DNA from: an uncultured Gammaproteobacteria bacterium
Lineage (GTDB): Bacteria; Patescibacteriota; Microgenomatia; UBA8517
DNA length: 64,000 nucleotides
NCBI GenBank assembly: GCA_964599625.1
Contig: CAZRGC010000004.1
Location: 75,705-139,704 of the forward strand
Direction of reading: 5' to 3'
Each line of letters opens with the position of its first letter. Position 1 is the stretch's first letter. The position numbers and the translations under genes are program-made. Shown piece by piece: positions 9,439-18,671 of this stretch. A model generated the notes under the pieces. That model was not told the origin of the DNA, made no database searches, and worked only from the letters and a program-made list of their open reading frames with translations.

Positions 9439-10549
9439 CCAAAGACATTATAGCCATATAGAAGTTTTCGGCAAAGTTTCCAGTACCTGCCATTGTTGAC
9501 GCACCAAGTACGTCTCCTCCGCCACCTATGCCAAGTACCTGGGGATTACCCGGGTCCGAAGGAGGTCCACCGAGTTCGTATTGCAAACAATTTACGCCGT
9601 CGTTGTCAAAATGATATGTGTCTGGCAAAGATGTTTGAATTCCTTCCAAATTGAGACATACGTCTCCGTTAGGTGTTGCTGTTGCAATCGGAGTAGAACT
9701 TTCCTGAGGTGTGGATGTAGCCTCTGGTGTGCTTGTGCTTTCGGGTGTAGATGTTGCAATAGGCGTTTCTGTGGCAACAGGTGTAGCTGTCGGACTAGGT
9801 GTCGCAGAAGGTGTAGCTGTCGCAGTTGGGCTAGGTGTTGCCGAAGGCGTTGCACTTGGTGTTGGTGTAGCTGTCGGACTAGGTGTTGATACGAGATTGC
9901 ACTGGTTATTCCAGATAGCCTGACCTGCGGCATCCCAATTTCTTCCGTCAGTATCCCATGATCCGGGAGGGATAATATCTTCACCATTTTGGTGCCCGCT
10001 TCTGTTGTGGTCGGAATTTCCATTACCATCAACTGCATCGTCATCCACTGTGATTTGGGTATAAGGGTTACTGTTACTGCCTGTTGCGTGACAAATAGTC
10101 ACAGAAATATGCTGAGGTGTGGGGCTTGGTGTAGGTGTGGCACATGCTTTGGAAACAGTTACCATAACATCTTCAATTTGGTTACCGGTCGGGTTGTAGT
10201 TAGAAATATTTCCTGATCCTGTAACATCCCAACCGCTTGTATTGTTGTTTGCCACTTCAAGATACCAATTGGTAACACTCCATCCGTTATTTCCTTGAAT
10301 ACTTATTTTGTAGTAGCCGTCGTTGCTACTACCCTGATAGTTTTGGTAGTCTGTGAAGTCGATTGAAACTTTGTCGTCGCTAAAATCACCCTGATTGTCT
10401 GATCTGGAATAATCAAAAGTTCCACAAGTTGGAGGGGTTTGTGTTGCACCAACATTGGTTGTTGCCATGCTGAGTGTAAAAAAGGAAGTAACCACCATAG
10501 AGGCGGTGAGGGCTAAAACTGACGCTTTTCCTGCGGTTTTCTTTGACAT
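9377..10549 (-). CDS. secreted surface protein with Thr/Pro/Ser-rich linker and tripartite C-terminal sorting signal (putative sortase substrate)
   Basis: Signal/TM at the N-terminus, ~80-aa (P/S/T/A) repeat linker, conserved module DVCLNLEGIQTSLPDTYHFDNDGVNCLQYELGGP, then GGGGDVLGASTMAGTGN + hydrophobic stretch + KGVKEIKKALKLSK tail. Confidence 0.7.
   Translation of the reverse strand: MSKKTAGKASVLALTASMVVTSFFTLSMATTNVGATQTPPTCGTFDYSRSDNQGDFSDDKVSIDFTDYQNYQGSSNDGYYKISIQGNNGWSVTNWYLEVANNNTSGWDVTGSGNISNYNPTGNQIEDVMVTVSKACATPTPSPTPQHISVTICHATGSNSNPYTQITVDDDAVDGNGNSDHNRSGHQNGEDIIPPGSWDTDGRNWDAAGQAIWNNQCNLVSTPSPTATPTPSATPSATPSPTATATPSATPSPTATPVATETPIATSTPESTSTPEATSTPQESSTPIATATPNGDVCLNLEGIQTSLPDTYHFDNDGVNCLQYELGGPPSDPGNPQVLGIGGGGDVLGASTMAGTGNFAENFYMAIMSLGGTFIAKGVKEIKKALKLSK
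9690..9900 (-). repeat. coding tandem repeats (GGTGTAGCTGTCG-type units) encoding the PSATPSPTAT linker
   Basis: Repeated gtgtagctgtcgcag/gtaggtgttgc units are visible in the sequence. The antisense frames give spurious Cys/Arg and GVAVG ORFs. Confidence 0.6.
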
Positions 10550-10599
10550 AAATTAACTATGGGCGGAATTGTACACCCTATATTTTTAATTGTCAAATA

Positions 10600-11097
10600 C
10601 TATGAGATTTTAGTTGCAACTATTACAAATCTTTTTGTGTCGAAAACACCGCTACAAGTGTAAATAACTATTTTATTATCGGTGTTTTGATTTACAACGT
10701 CATAACTTTTTGGGTCAATTTCCTGAGTAAAATCCACCACATATTTTTTGACCGAATCCTTGTTGCGTATTTCAACAACCATCCCCGGTTTTACATTAAC
10801 CAAATTTCCCAAAATGCTATTCCAATTGTGGCCGTAGATTACGTTTTGGTGGATTGATGCTCCCCGCGAGTCAGGTTGCCATTCTCCGTTTTTTTGCACT
10901 GCAGGGTATATGTTTGTCAGGATTCCCACTTTGTCTATTGCCAGGACATAATCATGATTTGGTTTTGGTGTTTCGTTTTTATTGGTCGCAAGAATTTCTG
11001 TTACAACAACAGGAGTTTTTGACTCTTTTTGATAAAAAGAAAAAAGGGACAAACACAGAAGTGTTATGCCGAGAAGTTTCAGAAGCTTATTCAACAT
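10600..11097 (-). CDS. sortase-family transpeptidase (membrane-anchored), paralog of 8851..9438
   Basis: N-terminal TM, VIYGHN, IVIYTCSG and FDTKRFVIVA motifs. It overlaps the upstream substrate gene by 11 nt. Confidence 0.75.
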   Translation of the reverse strand: MLNKLLKLLGITLLCLSLFSFYQKESKTPVVVTEILATNKNETPKPNHDYVLAIDKVGILTNIYPAVQKNGEWQPDSRGASIHQNVIYGHNWNSILGNLVNVKPGMVVEIRNKDSVKKYVVDFTQEIDPKSYDVVNQNTDNKIVIYTCSGVFDTKRFVIVATKIS

Positions 11098-11767
11098 TTT
11101 TTCGGGACTTATCGACCATCATGGTTATTGCCAATATTAGGGAACCAAGTCCTCCAAATGCCAACATTTTTGAGGTTGTTCCTGTGGTTGCCAGTCCAAG
11201 TACTTGTCCTCCTCCGCCTGTTCCGGTTGATTTTCCGGGGCCTCCGTATTCGTACTTAAGACAATTTATTCCGTCGTTATCAAAATGGTATTCATTTGGG
11301 AGCGATGTCTGCACTCCATCAATATTTGGACAAACATCATTGGTTCCGGGGTTGCATGAATAGTTAGCGTTTTTGGCCATGTACGCTGTATCTTCCAACC
11401 CCCACACTGCACCAGTGGGAACATAAATCCAACCCTGAGCCTTGAGTTCACCAAGTTGTTCCTCGTCCAAAGAAGAAATTTTCCACCAATTGGTTTGTAT
11501 TCCCGACCCGTTTTCGGAACAGAAGCACTGAACCAAAGTAGTTTCGCTAATCCTGAATACTTTGTCACTTCCTGTATAAGTTCCGCTGTCCCCTACTATT
11601 CCATGGGTCCCGGACGGATAGTTGGCGACAACAGTTCCTTGGGCACTTACACAAGCGGGGAAGTTTGGAGCATCAACTGCCAAAATTGGAGAAACCACAA
11701 AAAGAAACATGGGCAATAAAAACAGCAGTATTTTCGAAATTTTGTACATTTGTGTTGGGGCAAGCAC
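11087..11767 (-). CDS. secreted surface protein with LAxTG-like C-terminal sorting signal (putative sortase substrate), paralog of 9377..10549
   Basis: Signal peptide, shared module DVCPNIDGVQTSLPNEYHFDNDGINCLKYEYGGPG, then GGGGQVLGLATTGTTSK + hydrophobic LAFGGLGSLILAITMMV + DKSRKNVE tail. LATTG fits the class-E LAxTG pattern. Confidence 0.7.
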   Translation of the reverse strand: MLAPTQMYKISKILLFLLPMFLFVVSPILAVDAPNFPACVSAQGTVVANYPSGTHGIVGDSGTYTGSDKVFRISETTLVQCFCSENGSGIQTNWWKISSLDEEQLGELKAQGWIYVPTGAVWGLEDTAYMAKNANYSCNPGTNDVCPNIDGVQTSLPNEYHFDNDGINCLKYEYGGPGKSTGTGGGGQVLGLATTGTTSKMLAFGGLGSLILAITMMVDKSRKNVE

Positions 11768-11836
11768 AAACCTGAGCAGTTATGGGATTTTACAGTTGAT
11801 ATGTTCTGATGTCAACTGATATGGTTTGTTGAAGAA

Positions 11837-13117
11837 TTAGTTAAAAAGTGAATAGAAAAACTTTTGAATTTTGAAGAAAAAACCTTCGTTTCTGCTTTTT
11901 AGTATTACTACCACCTCCTTCCCTTCTTGGTTATTTGTTATACCAGTAGAATAAAAGCCTATGGCGTTTACGTTGGCCTTTACCGAGTCGCCTTCGTACG
12001 GCAAACTGAATCTGCCAAAGGCATCTGTTTTTGTGGAACTAAATGCGCTTAAAACTTCTACATCCTTTAGCGGTAATCCTGTTTGGGTTTTTACCATTCC
12101 ACTGAGGGCTTTTGGTTTATAAAAATGCTTAATTACTTCTGTAACCAATCTTGGCGTGCCATCGTCGTCCCAGAGTTTTGTTGAGCCGCCGAATCCGGTC
12201 CAGTAGTTAACCCCTATCAAGTTTCTGTTTTTTGAAAGCAAATCAAATGCACTTCTCACCCAGTTGGCTTGCTCATCTTGGGTCATGTCGCCATGAAGAT
12301 CTGGTATGGGGGCTCCAAACTCACCCACTACAATTTTCCCACCCGACCTTTCGGCTAGAGTGTTTATGTCATTATTCATTTTTTCGTAACTGGCTACATA
12401 GTGGTCTATAACAACAACTCCACCCAAAGCAGCAGTTGTTTCTTTGTTCATAATGAGGTTTGCAACGTCATAGTTCATTGGGAAGTAGTTGGTTTCCACA
12501 TTTTTATCAATCTGCCTAAAGGCCAATCTTCCAATCTGGTATTCATCAATCAAAAATTGTCTGAAGCCTTGTGTATCCCCTGTATGTCTTGGGTCGCCAG
12601 GCCCACCGTTTTCGCATTCTGTGCAGCTTGTGAATATGTCATCGTCTTCAAACAAATCTCCGTTGTCCACAATGAACTCTTTGAGCAGTCTTTTGTGTTC
12701 TTCCCTGCCAATCCGCTCAAATTCAAACCACTTTTCCCACCCCGAAAAATTTCCCCTGAACCAAATCTTTAGCCCATACTTTCGGGAAACATCAACCCAG
12801 CGTTTGAGGTACGGAATAAACTTTTTGTCATAAGGTGTCCCCAGGGCAATGTGTGTGACGCCTGTTTCTGCAATCTTTTTTACTTGGTCTTCGATTGTTT
12901 TGTCATAAGAGGAATCATTCAGATATTGTCCTGCGTGATCTCTTGAGTATTTAACGGTATCTATGGCTTGCATTTGCCAGAAAGAGGTTTTTGGAGAATT
13001 TTGGTTTGTGTCTGTGTTCTTTTTGGTTTTGGTAACTGCGAAAAGTCCCAGCACTAAAACAATTAAAGCCACAAAAAAAAGCGATTTATTTTTTTTCAAC
13101 ACAGCAGAATTATACAT
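11837..13117 (-). CDS. membrane-anchored (beta/alpha)8 glycoside hydrolase, GH5-like, with C-terminal carboxypeptidase-regulatory-like domain
   Basis: N-terminal TM, VVGEFGAP (GH5-type nucleophile context), a TECENGG acid/base-like region, and a C-terminal GLPLKDVEV...TDAFGRFSL CarboxypepD_reg-like pattern. Confidence 0.5.
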   Translation of the reverse strand: MYNSAVLKKNKSLFFVALIVLVLGLFAVTKTKKNTDTNQNSPKTSFWQMQAIDTVKYSRDHAGQYLNDSSYDKTIEDQVKKIAETGVTHIALGTPYDKKFIPYLKRWVDVSRKYGLKIWFRGNFSGWEKWFEFERIGREEHKRLLKEFIVDNGDLFEDDDIFTSCTECENGGPGDPRHTGDTQGFRQFLIDEYQIGRLAFRQIDKNVETNYFPMNYDVANLIMNKETTAALGGVVVIDHYVASYEKMNNDINTLAERSGGKIVVGEFGAPIPDLHGDMTQDEQANWVRSAFDLLSKNRNLIGVNYWTGFGGSTKLWDDDGTPRLVTEVIKHFYKPKALSGMVKTQTGLPLKDVEVLSAFSSTKTDAFGRFSLPYEGDSVKANVNAIGFYSTGITNNQEGKEVVVILKSRNEGFFFKIQKFFYSLFN

Positions 13118-13120
13118 CCT

Positions 13121-14782
13121 TTACTTGTTTATTAGCCCTTTGATTGGTTCTGTTTGAAGCTCCGGCAAGTATTGGTCATCCAGTTGGTATATGTCTGCAA
13201 ACGGATAACTGTCTACAAGTTTGTATTTTTTGAAACCTTCCGTTTTGCTTACACCTTTATATACAAGGTCCGCGTTGTCGTAAGTTCTCATCACAATCCA
13301 GCGCGCCCACCTGTCAGGAGAAGCCAAGGCATCTTCCCAATACTTCCCAGTACCTTCATGAATGAAACGGGACATTGGAAGATAGGATGAAAAGATAATT
13401 GCGTCGTGACTAGCTGCAGATATTAATATAAACCCTTTTTGGTCTTTTGCAGCGTTGTTCAAAAATCCGGACACTTCACTAACATTCTTTTGGCTGGACC
13501 CAACCCTTGCATCGTCAATTGTCACTGCGTCACCGTTTGCAAACGCAAAGAACATAACAAAAGCATAAAGTCCAATAAATACCCATCTTAAGTCTTTTAT
13601 CTTACCCACCAAATAACCCATGAATACGGCAAATGCAGGCATAAGCATTATTCCGTAGCGAACGTTGAACCAAGTATTTCCGGAAATTCCCTGGATAAAA
13701 AGAACCGAAAATCCGGCCACAAGGGATACTATATTAAAAGCCAATGGTGAGATTAGTGACAACGTTGCCAGTCTGGCCTCCCATTTAATATTTTTGTCCA
13801 GCCAGAGGGTTACCATTCCCAGAAAACCAAAAATAACAACAATCAAAATACAGTTATAAATAACCGAATACATATAAATCTGAGACGATAAAAGTATGTT
13901 TCCCTTTGTGGGGAGGTTCCCAGCAGCAAGCATTACTTGCTGTTGAGCATGTGCACTAAAAGGTCCGAGTGCAAAGTACAACGGGTCTTTAAAAATTATT
14001 AAATTCCAGCCAAACCACAGAACAATCCCAAAAGCACCCATGGTAAGGAACAGAACCGAAATACCTTCAGTTACTTTGTATCCTTTTTTGAATAGTGTAA
14101 TAAGTCCGACAATTCCTGCAGAAAACAAAAGCAAAAACCATCCGTCGTAGCGAACTAGTGTGGAAAGCATGACCCAAAACGAAGCTTTAACCAAATTTAC
14201 GATCTCATCACTTTTTGCCCAGTTAATAAGATAGTAACAGCCTGCTGTCATGGTAAACAAAAGAAGAGGCTCTGTCATTGCCGTGGATTGCAAGTACAAA
14301 ATATTCAAGTTTGCAGATGCAACCAATACTCCAAAAATCCTTCCCAAATAACCAACATTCAACTTTTCCAGAATTTTGTAAACTAATAGTCCTGTTCCCA
14401 CAAAAGACAACATGTTCCAAAACGCACCGGCAAATCCGCTGTGCCAGGCCCAATCGTTCCAGATAAGAGGAATCATGAGTACGTGATTTAATGGAAGCCA
14501 AACAGATCCTAATTGCGCAAGTCCGGGTTTAAGTCCCTCTACAACACGACGGCCTATATCCAAATGACTCCTGGCATCATTGTAATTAAGCCCCAATCCG
14601 TTTTGGAGATAGTGAATGAAATAGTATCCGCTTAGTAATGTTAGACATAGTCCAACAATCCAAAATAAATACTTCTTCACAATCTGTTCTATGTCTTCAA
14701 CTAACTTTGTATCAAAAGACACAGAAAGATTCGGTATTTTAGATGGTTTGTTTTTTGTTTGTTGGTTTTTATTTTTCTTCAT
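13121..14782 (-). CDS. polytopic GT-C fold glycosyltransferase (ArnT/PMT-like)
   Basis: >10 predicted TM helices, with an N-terminal loop DARSHLDIGRR...LGSVWLPLNHVL resembling the ArnT/PMT_2 first periplasmic loop. Confidence 0.6.
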   Translation of the reverse strand: MKKNKNQQTKNKPSKIPNLSVSFDTKLVEDIEQIVKKYLFWIVGLCLTLLSGYYFIHYLQNGLGLNYNDARSHLDIGRRVVEGLKPGLAQLGSVWLPLNHVLMIPLIWNDWAWHSGFAGAFWNMLSFVGTGLLVYKILEKLNVGYLGRIFGVLVASANLNILYLQSTAMTEPLLLFTMTAGCYYLINWAKSDEIVNLVKASFWVMLSTLVRYDGWFLLLFSAGIVGLITLFKKGYKVTEGISVLFLTMGAFGIVLWFGWNLIIFKDPLYFALGPFSAHAQQQVMLAAGNLPTKGNILLSSQIYMYSVIYNCILIVVIFGFLGMVTLWLDKNIKWEARLATLSLISPLAFNIVSLVAGFSVLFIQGISGNTWFNVRYGIMLMPAFAVFMGYLVGKIKDLRWVFIGLYAFVMFFAFANGDAVTIDDARVGSSQKNVSEVSGFLNNAAKDQKGFILISAASHDAIIFSSYLPMSRFIHEGTGKYWEDALASPDRWARWIVMRTYDNADLVYKGVSKTEGFKKYKLVDSYPFADIYQLDDQYLPELQTEPIKGLINK

Positions 14783-16262
14783 TTGGTTTTATTTTTATCC
14801 AGATCAATGATGTTCCGACGAGTGCAACGAGTCCATATATCGCCCAGTAGTATTGCCACCCGGTTACGAATTTGTTTGCATAGTTATTGAACACAAAAGA
14901 ATTGAGTTTGTTTTCGTTGAGCATCCTGATATTTATTCTGTAGTCATACTGCAATCCCAATCCTACCGCCTCAATTTTCGGTGGAATTACGTTTGTGGTA
15001 AGTGGTGCCAAAAGTGAAACTCCCAAGCTGTACAAAAATACCAGTGTAAAGATTAATTTTACAAAGAAGTTTTTATGTAGGTGGTTAAGGGCGAATCCGG
15101 CCAGTATACAAAGCTCGGGTAGTACTGCAATCATATATCTGCTTCCGAATGCCCATCCCCCATAAGGGTCACCAAACATTGTGTAAAGCGTCAAACAAGT
15201 TGCGGGAATAACCACCAATCCGATTTTTTCTTTCAACCCCAGTTTTTTGTATGCACCAAACAATGCGAACAAAGAAAGTAAAACGACAGGTGAATAAATT
15301 ACTATGCCGCGATCTTGGTTAACGGTGAAAGACTGAAAACCGTTTAACATGTTTCTTGTCTCCAGAGCCCCAACGCTTTCTCTTCCATCCTCGGGTGTTG
15401 CGTCTTCGACTGTTGTTTTAAGATCTTTAACTCTGGGAATGGAGTTACTCAAAACAGTCGGACTACCAAAGTGAATATAGTTGTAATACCCATACAGACC
15501 CATTAGACCCAAAAAGATAAACGGAGTTAATAAGTATTTCCATTTAAACGACAGACTGATCTTGTTTTTGATTTTTTCCAAGTTAAAACCCGAGAATGTA
15601 AAAATAATGGCAATCGGAAGGAATATAAACAGGTTTGGAAAATCAATATAAACGGCTACTGCATAAAGTACCCAAAAAATCATTGCGTCAAAGACTGAGT
15701 GATGTTTCTTGACTGTGGCAATATAAAGTCCCGAAAGAAGCAAAAATGCAGAAATCAAATGGGCATACAAAGTAACAGAATAACCCCATGCGTTTGTGGC
15801 AAAACCAAAAGCTAACCCTGCAAATATTGCAGTAGTCCAGGCCATGTTGAGACCTCTGGCGAATTTAATGATCATGAGGATGGTTAGGAAAGCAAATATG
15901 GTGGAAATCAGAAATGTGAATATTTGAGTAGCCCCAAGTTTCAAGCCCAGCAAGTATAGTGGTATAGCAAGAACGGATGCTCCTGGAGGAAAGAATGAGT
16001 AATAGTGTCCACCGATAAATCCGATGTCTGGAGTACCCATAGATGCATAATTATCTATTGCAAAAGTTCTATCGTTTACTAATGAAAGAATGATTGCGTA
16101 GCGGGATCGTTCTTGAGAAGTTTCAAAAGCAGATCCACTATTAAAAAGGGTGGTGTCGATTTGACTTGCTGTTGGCACATTCCAATTGCCCCTTAATGTA
16201 GATAAATACAAAAAGCAGCAATATATAGATATAAATATAAAAGTTAATATTTTATGTGTCAT
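14769..16262 (-). CDS. dolichyl-phosphate-mannose protein mannosyltransferase-like GT-C (PMT_2 family)
   Basis: ERSRYAIILSL...HYYSFFPPGASVLAIPLYLLG matches the PMT_2/ArnT DE-x-RYA...PP-L signature, followed by many TM helices. Confidence 0.7.
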   Translation of the reverse strand: MTHKILTFIFISIYCCFLYLSTLRGNWNVPTASQIDTTLFNSGSAFETSQERSRYAIILSLVNDRTFAIDNYASMGTPDIGFIGGHYYSFFPPGASVLAIPLYLLGLKLGATQIFTFLISTIFAFLTILMIIKFARGLNMAWTTAIFAGLAFGFATNAWGYSVTLYAHLISAFLLLSGLYIATVKKHHSVFDAMIFWVLYAVAVYIDFPNLFIFLPIAIIFTFSGFNLEKIKNKISLSFKWKYLLTPFIFLGLMGLYGYYNYIHFGSPTVLSNSIPRVKDLKTTVEDATPEDGRESVGALETRNMLNGFQSFTVNQDRGIVIYSPVVLLSLFALFGAYKKLGLKEKIGLVVIPATCLTLYTMFGDPYGGWAFGSRYMIAVLPELCILAGFALNHLHKNFFVKLIFTLVFLYSLGVSLLAPLTTNVIPPKIEAVGLGLQYDYRINIRMLNENKLNSFVFNNYANKFVTGWQYYWAIYGLVALVGTSLIWIKIKPNEEK

Positions 16263-17050
16263 TTGAAATAAGTAGCTAAGTAATGTTCTTTAATCTTTAA
16301 TAAACTCATGAAATATCTAGAAAAATTAAGTCCAGCAGGTGTCAAGAGCGCCTTAAAATTTTCTAGGGTAATTTTTCCTTCCATGGGGACCCTGTTTATT
16401 TTATGTTTGTCGATGGTCAACAGTTTTCCTCCGTCGATTGTTAAAGCATATCTATAGCCAGAATCTTGAACAAGATTGGTTATATCTTGATTATAGTATC
16501 CGTTCGGGTAAGCAAAATATGTAAAACTAGATTTAATTTCTCTTTGGAGCAGCTTGTAGTTTAACTTTTTCAAGCTTGTGTGTGTTTTGGTATGATATCC
16601 AAAACACCAACCTGCTTTTTTAAGTGTATAGATTTGTTTTTTAGTAAGCATTGGTTTGTTGTTATCAAGTACTTCTTTGTCTCTGTTTCTATAGTTACCT
16701 ATTATGAAAACTGTTGCAACTACACCATATCTTTTCATTATAGGAAAAGCATTGTTGTATATATCTTCGTAGCCATCGTCGAAAGTGATGCTGATTTGAG
16801 GTCTGCCTAACCGTGGCCCTTCTAAAATTTTATCAATTTTTACCACTCTGTAATTTTCGACAATATATTTTATTTGCTGTTCAAAATCAGCAACTGGTGT
16901 TGAAAAACGCCAGTCATCATCTGAGCATGAATGATAGCAAAGTATAACATCAGGCTTTTTTTTATTTTTGTAAATAAAGTTTGCTAAATTTAGCAAACTT
17001 AAGACGTTAAAATAAATTAACATTGCTATGTTTATTTTTTGGGTAATCAT
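16259..17050 (-). CDS. polysaccharide deacetylase (NodB/CE4 family)
   Basis: ISITFDDGYEDIYNNAFPIMKRYGVVATVF is the NodB motif 1/2 (TFDDG...). Confidence 0.75.
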   Translation of the reverse strand: MITQKINIAMLIYFNVLSLLNLANFIYKNKKKPDVILCYHSCSDDDWRFSTPVADFEQQIKYIVENYRVVKIDKILEGPRLGRPQISITFDDGYEDIYNNAFPIMKRYGVVATVFIIGNYRNRDKEVLDNNKPMLTKKQIYTLKKAGWCFGYHTKTHTSLKKLNYKLLQREIKSSFTYFAYPNGYYNQDITNLVQDSGYRYALTIDGGKLLTIDKHKINRVPMEGKITLENFKALLTPAGLNFSRYFMSLLKIKEHYLATYFK

Positions 17051-17799
17051 AATATTGACCTCTTAAACAATACGGCGCCTCTGTAAACAATTTTTGAAAG
17101 AAATATGTAACAAATATTCATTACAAAAAATAATGAAGTAATATATTGCAAGTTCATTGTGTGTGAGAAAAAATCTAGTATAAATATAATTATTAGCCGT
17201 AAAGCTATGTCGTCAAATATCCTTAATAAGGATTTAAAGTTATTAAGGCCCTTGCTTTCAACTTTAGACTTTTGATTCTCTTTTAAAGTTTCAAGCCATT
17301 TAATATCTAATATATAGCTGGTTGCTCCTACCATACCCAATATCAAATAAATATTGTTATTGCTTTGCGCGTATAGTCGAAGACTAAAGCTGATAATGAA
17401 TATGGAAGAAATTAGGGTGTGTAGAAAATTATCCAATATCTTTCCCCATACGAGGTTATTCTTGTAATATCGCGCGAGAGGCCCATCGACACAATCTAAG
17501 AATAAGGCAACCTCGTTTAATATCAATATTAATAAAAAGCTTAATTCTTTTCCATAAATTAACAACATACATCCTAAGAGTTGTAACAAGAACGATAGCA
17601 TAGTAACCATATTTGCTGAGATGCCTATTTTTGATAAGTGATAGGCTACTTCGGCTGCTTTCTCTCTATATAAAAAACGGTTTTCATATATGTCGCCACC
17701 CTTTTTAATATTTTTTGGTGAGTACCTATTAAAATCGTTTATAAATTTAGCTTTTGATGTTTTATTCATGTTTATTTGGTGCTCGAGGCTGTATACCAC
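17047..17799 (-). CDS. CDP-alcohol phosphatidyltransferase-family membrane protein
   Basis: DCVDGPLARYYKNNLVWGKILD fits D-x2-DG-x2-AR...G-x3-D. The protein has multiple TM helices. Confidence 0.55.
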   Translation of the reverse strand: MVYSLEHQINMNKTSKAKFINDFNRYSPKNIKKGGDIYENRFLYREKAAEVAYHLSKIGISANMVTMLSFLLQLLGCMLLIYGKELSFLLILILNEVALFLDCVDGPLARYYKNNLVWGKILDNFLHTLISSIFIISFSLRLYAQSNNNIYLILGMVGATSYILDIKWLETLKENQKSKVESKGLNNFKSLLRIFDDIALRLIIIFILDFFSHTMNLQYITSLFFVMNICYIFLSKIVYRGAVLFKRSIL

Positions 17800-18671
17800 T
17801 CGAGTTTGTATCTGCTAGAAATATTTTTATAAAAAGGAACTATGACTATGTTGATAACAATGGCCACTGATGTTTCTATTGGGTATTTTAAGAAGCTTTT
17901 GAATATGCTTTTTAGGTAAAACATGAATGGTCTTTTATACTCTTCTTCGACTATTTTTCCAAAGCGAGTTTTGTAGTTTATATTTATTGCTTGTGGGTTT
18001 GATCTGAAACATTGTTTAAGATAGTCTGGTAGACTTTTGGGTAATTTGTAAAATATCTTTGCCTCTTCGCAGTAAGAGAACTCCTTTTTATCTTTGGTCG
18101 CTGTAAAGTATATAAAATCGTCTTCGTTTAGTGCTTTTTCTGAAAAATCGATAGATTTTATATAGCGACGTCTAATTGCCATTCCGCCACCAGTAAAGCA
18201 AAATGGATTTTTGTAGTTTCTCAACTTCCTTGACTCATCAAAGACCAGAAACGTTGTGTATACAACTTTTTCAAAGAAAGTTACTGGTAAAAAAGGCCTG
18301 GTATTTGCACCGACAAAAGTAATTTTTTTATCATCTCTAAACTTCTTAATAATGTTTGAAATAACCTTGATGTTTCCTAATTTTTCGTCAGCATCGAAAA
18401 CAACCAGAATATCACCGCTGCATTTTTCAATAATTTTCTTTAAACCGCCAGACTTGCCTTGTCTTGTTTTGCTTTCAATAATTTTAATCTTTTTGTTTTT
18501 TAAATCTTTAATCTTCTCGACTGTTCTGTCAGTACAGTTATCACAGTGAATAATTATCTCTTTAAGAATGTAGTTCGAGGTTTTTTGATTAAGAATATCT
18601 TTGAGTATATTTTGAATATTCCCTTCTTCGTTGTAGGCACAGATGCCGACTGTCACTGTATTTTTTTTCAT
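17772..18671 (-). CDS. glycosyltransferase family 2
   Basis: VGICAYNEEGNIQNIL...DNCTDRT...FDADE (DxD) gives a GT-A fold signature. Confidence 0.8.
   Translation of the reverse strand: MKKNTVTVGICAYNEEGNIQNILKDILNQKTSNYILKEIIIHCDNCTDRTVEKIKDLKNKKIKIIESKTRQGKSGGLKKIIEKCSGDILVVFDADEKLGNIKVISNIIKKFRDDKKITFVGANTRPFLPVTFFEKVVYTTFLVFDESRKLRNYKNPFCFTGGGMAIRRRYIKSIDFSEKALNEDDFIYFTATKDKKEFSYCEEAKIFYKLPKSLPDYLKQCFRSNPQAININYKTRFGKIVEEEYKRPFMFYLKSIFKSFLKYPIETSVAIVINIVIVPFYKNISSRYKLEWYTASSTK

Noticed and set aside
9581-9923. Cys/Arg-rich ORF 9581..9889(+) and GVAVG-repeat ORF 9711..9923(+)
   Set aside because: Antisense shadow ORFs of the PT-rich repeat region of the real minus-strand surface-protein gene.
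12401-12833. Plus-strand ORFs within the GH5-like gene
   Set aside because: Antisense shadow ORFs. The minus-strand protein has coherent domain architecture.
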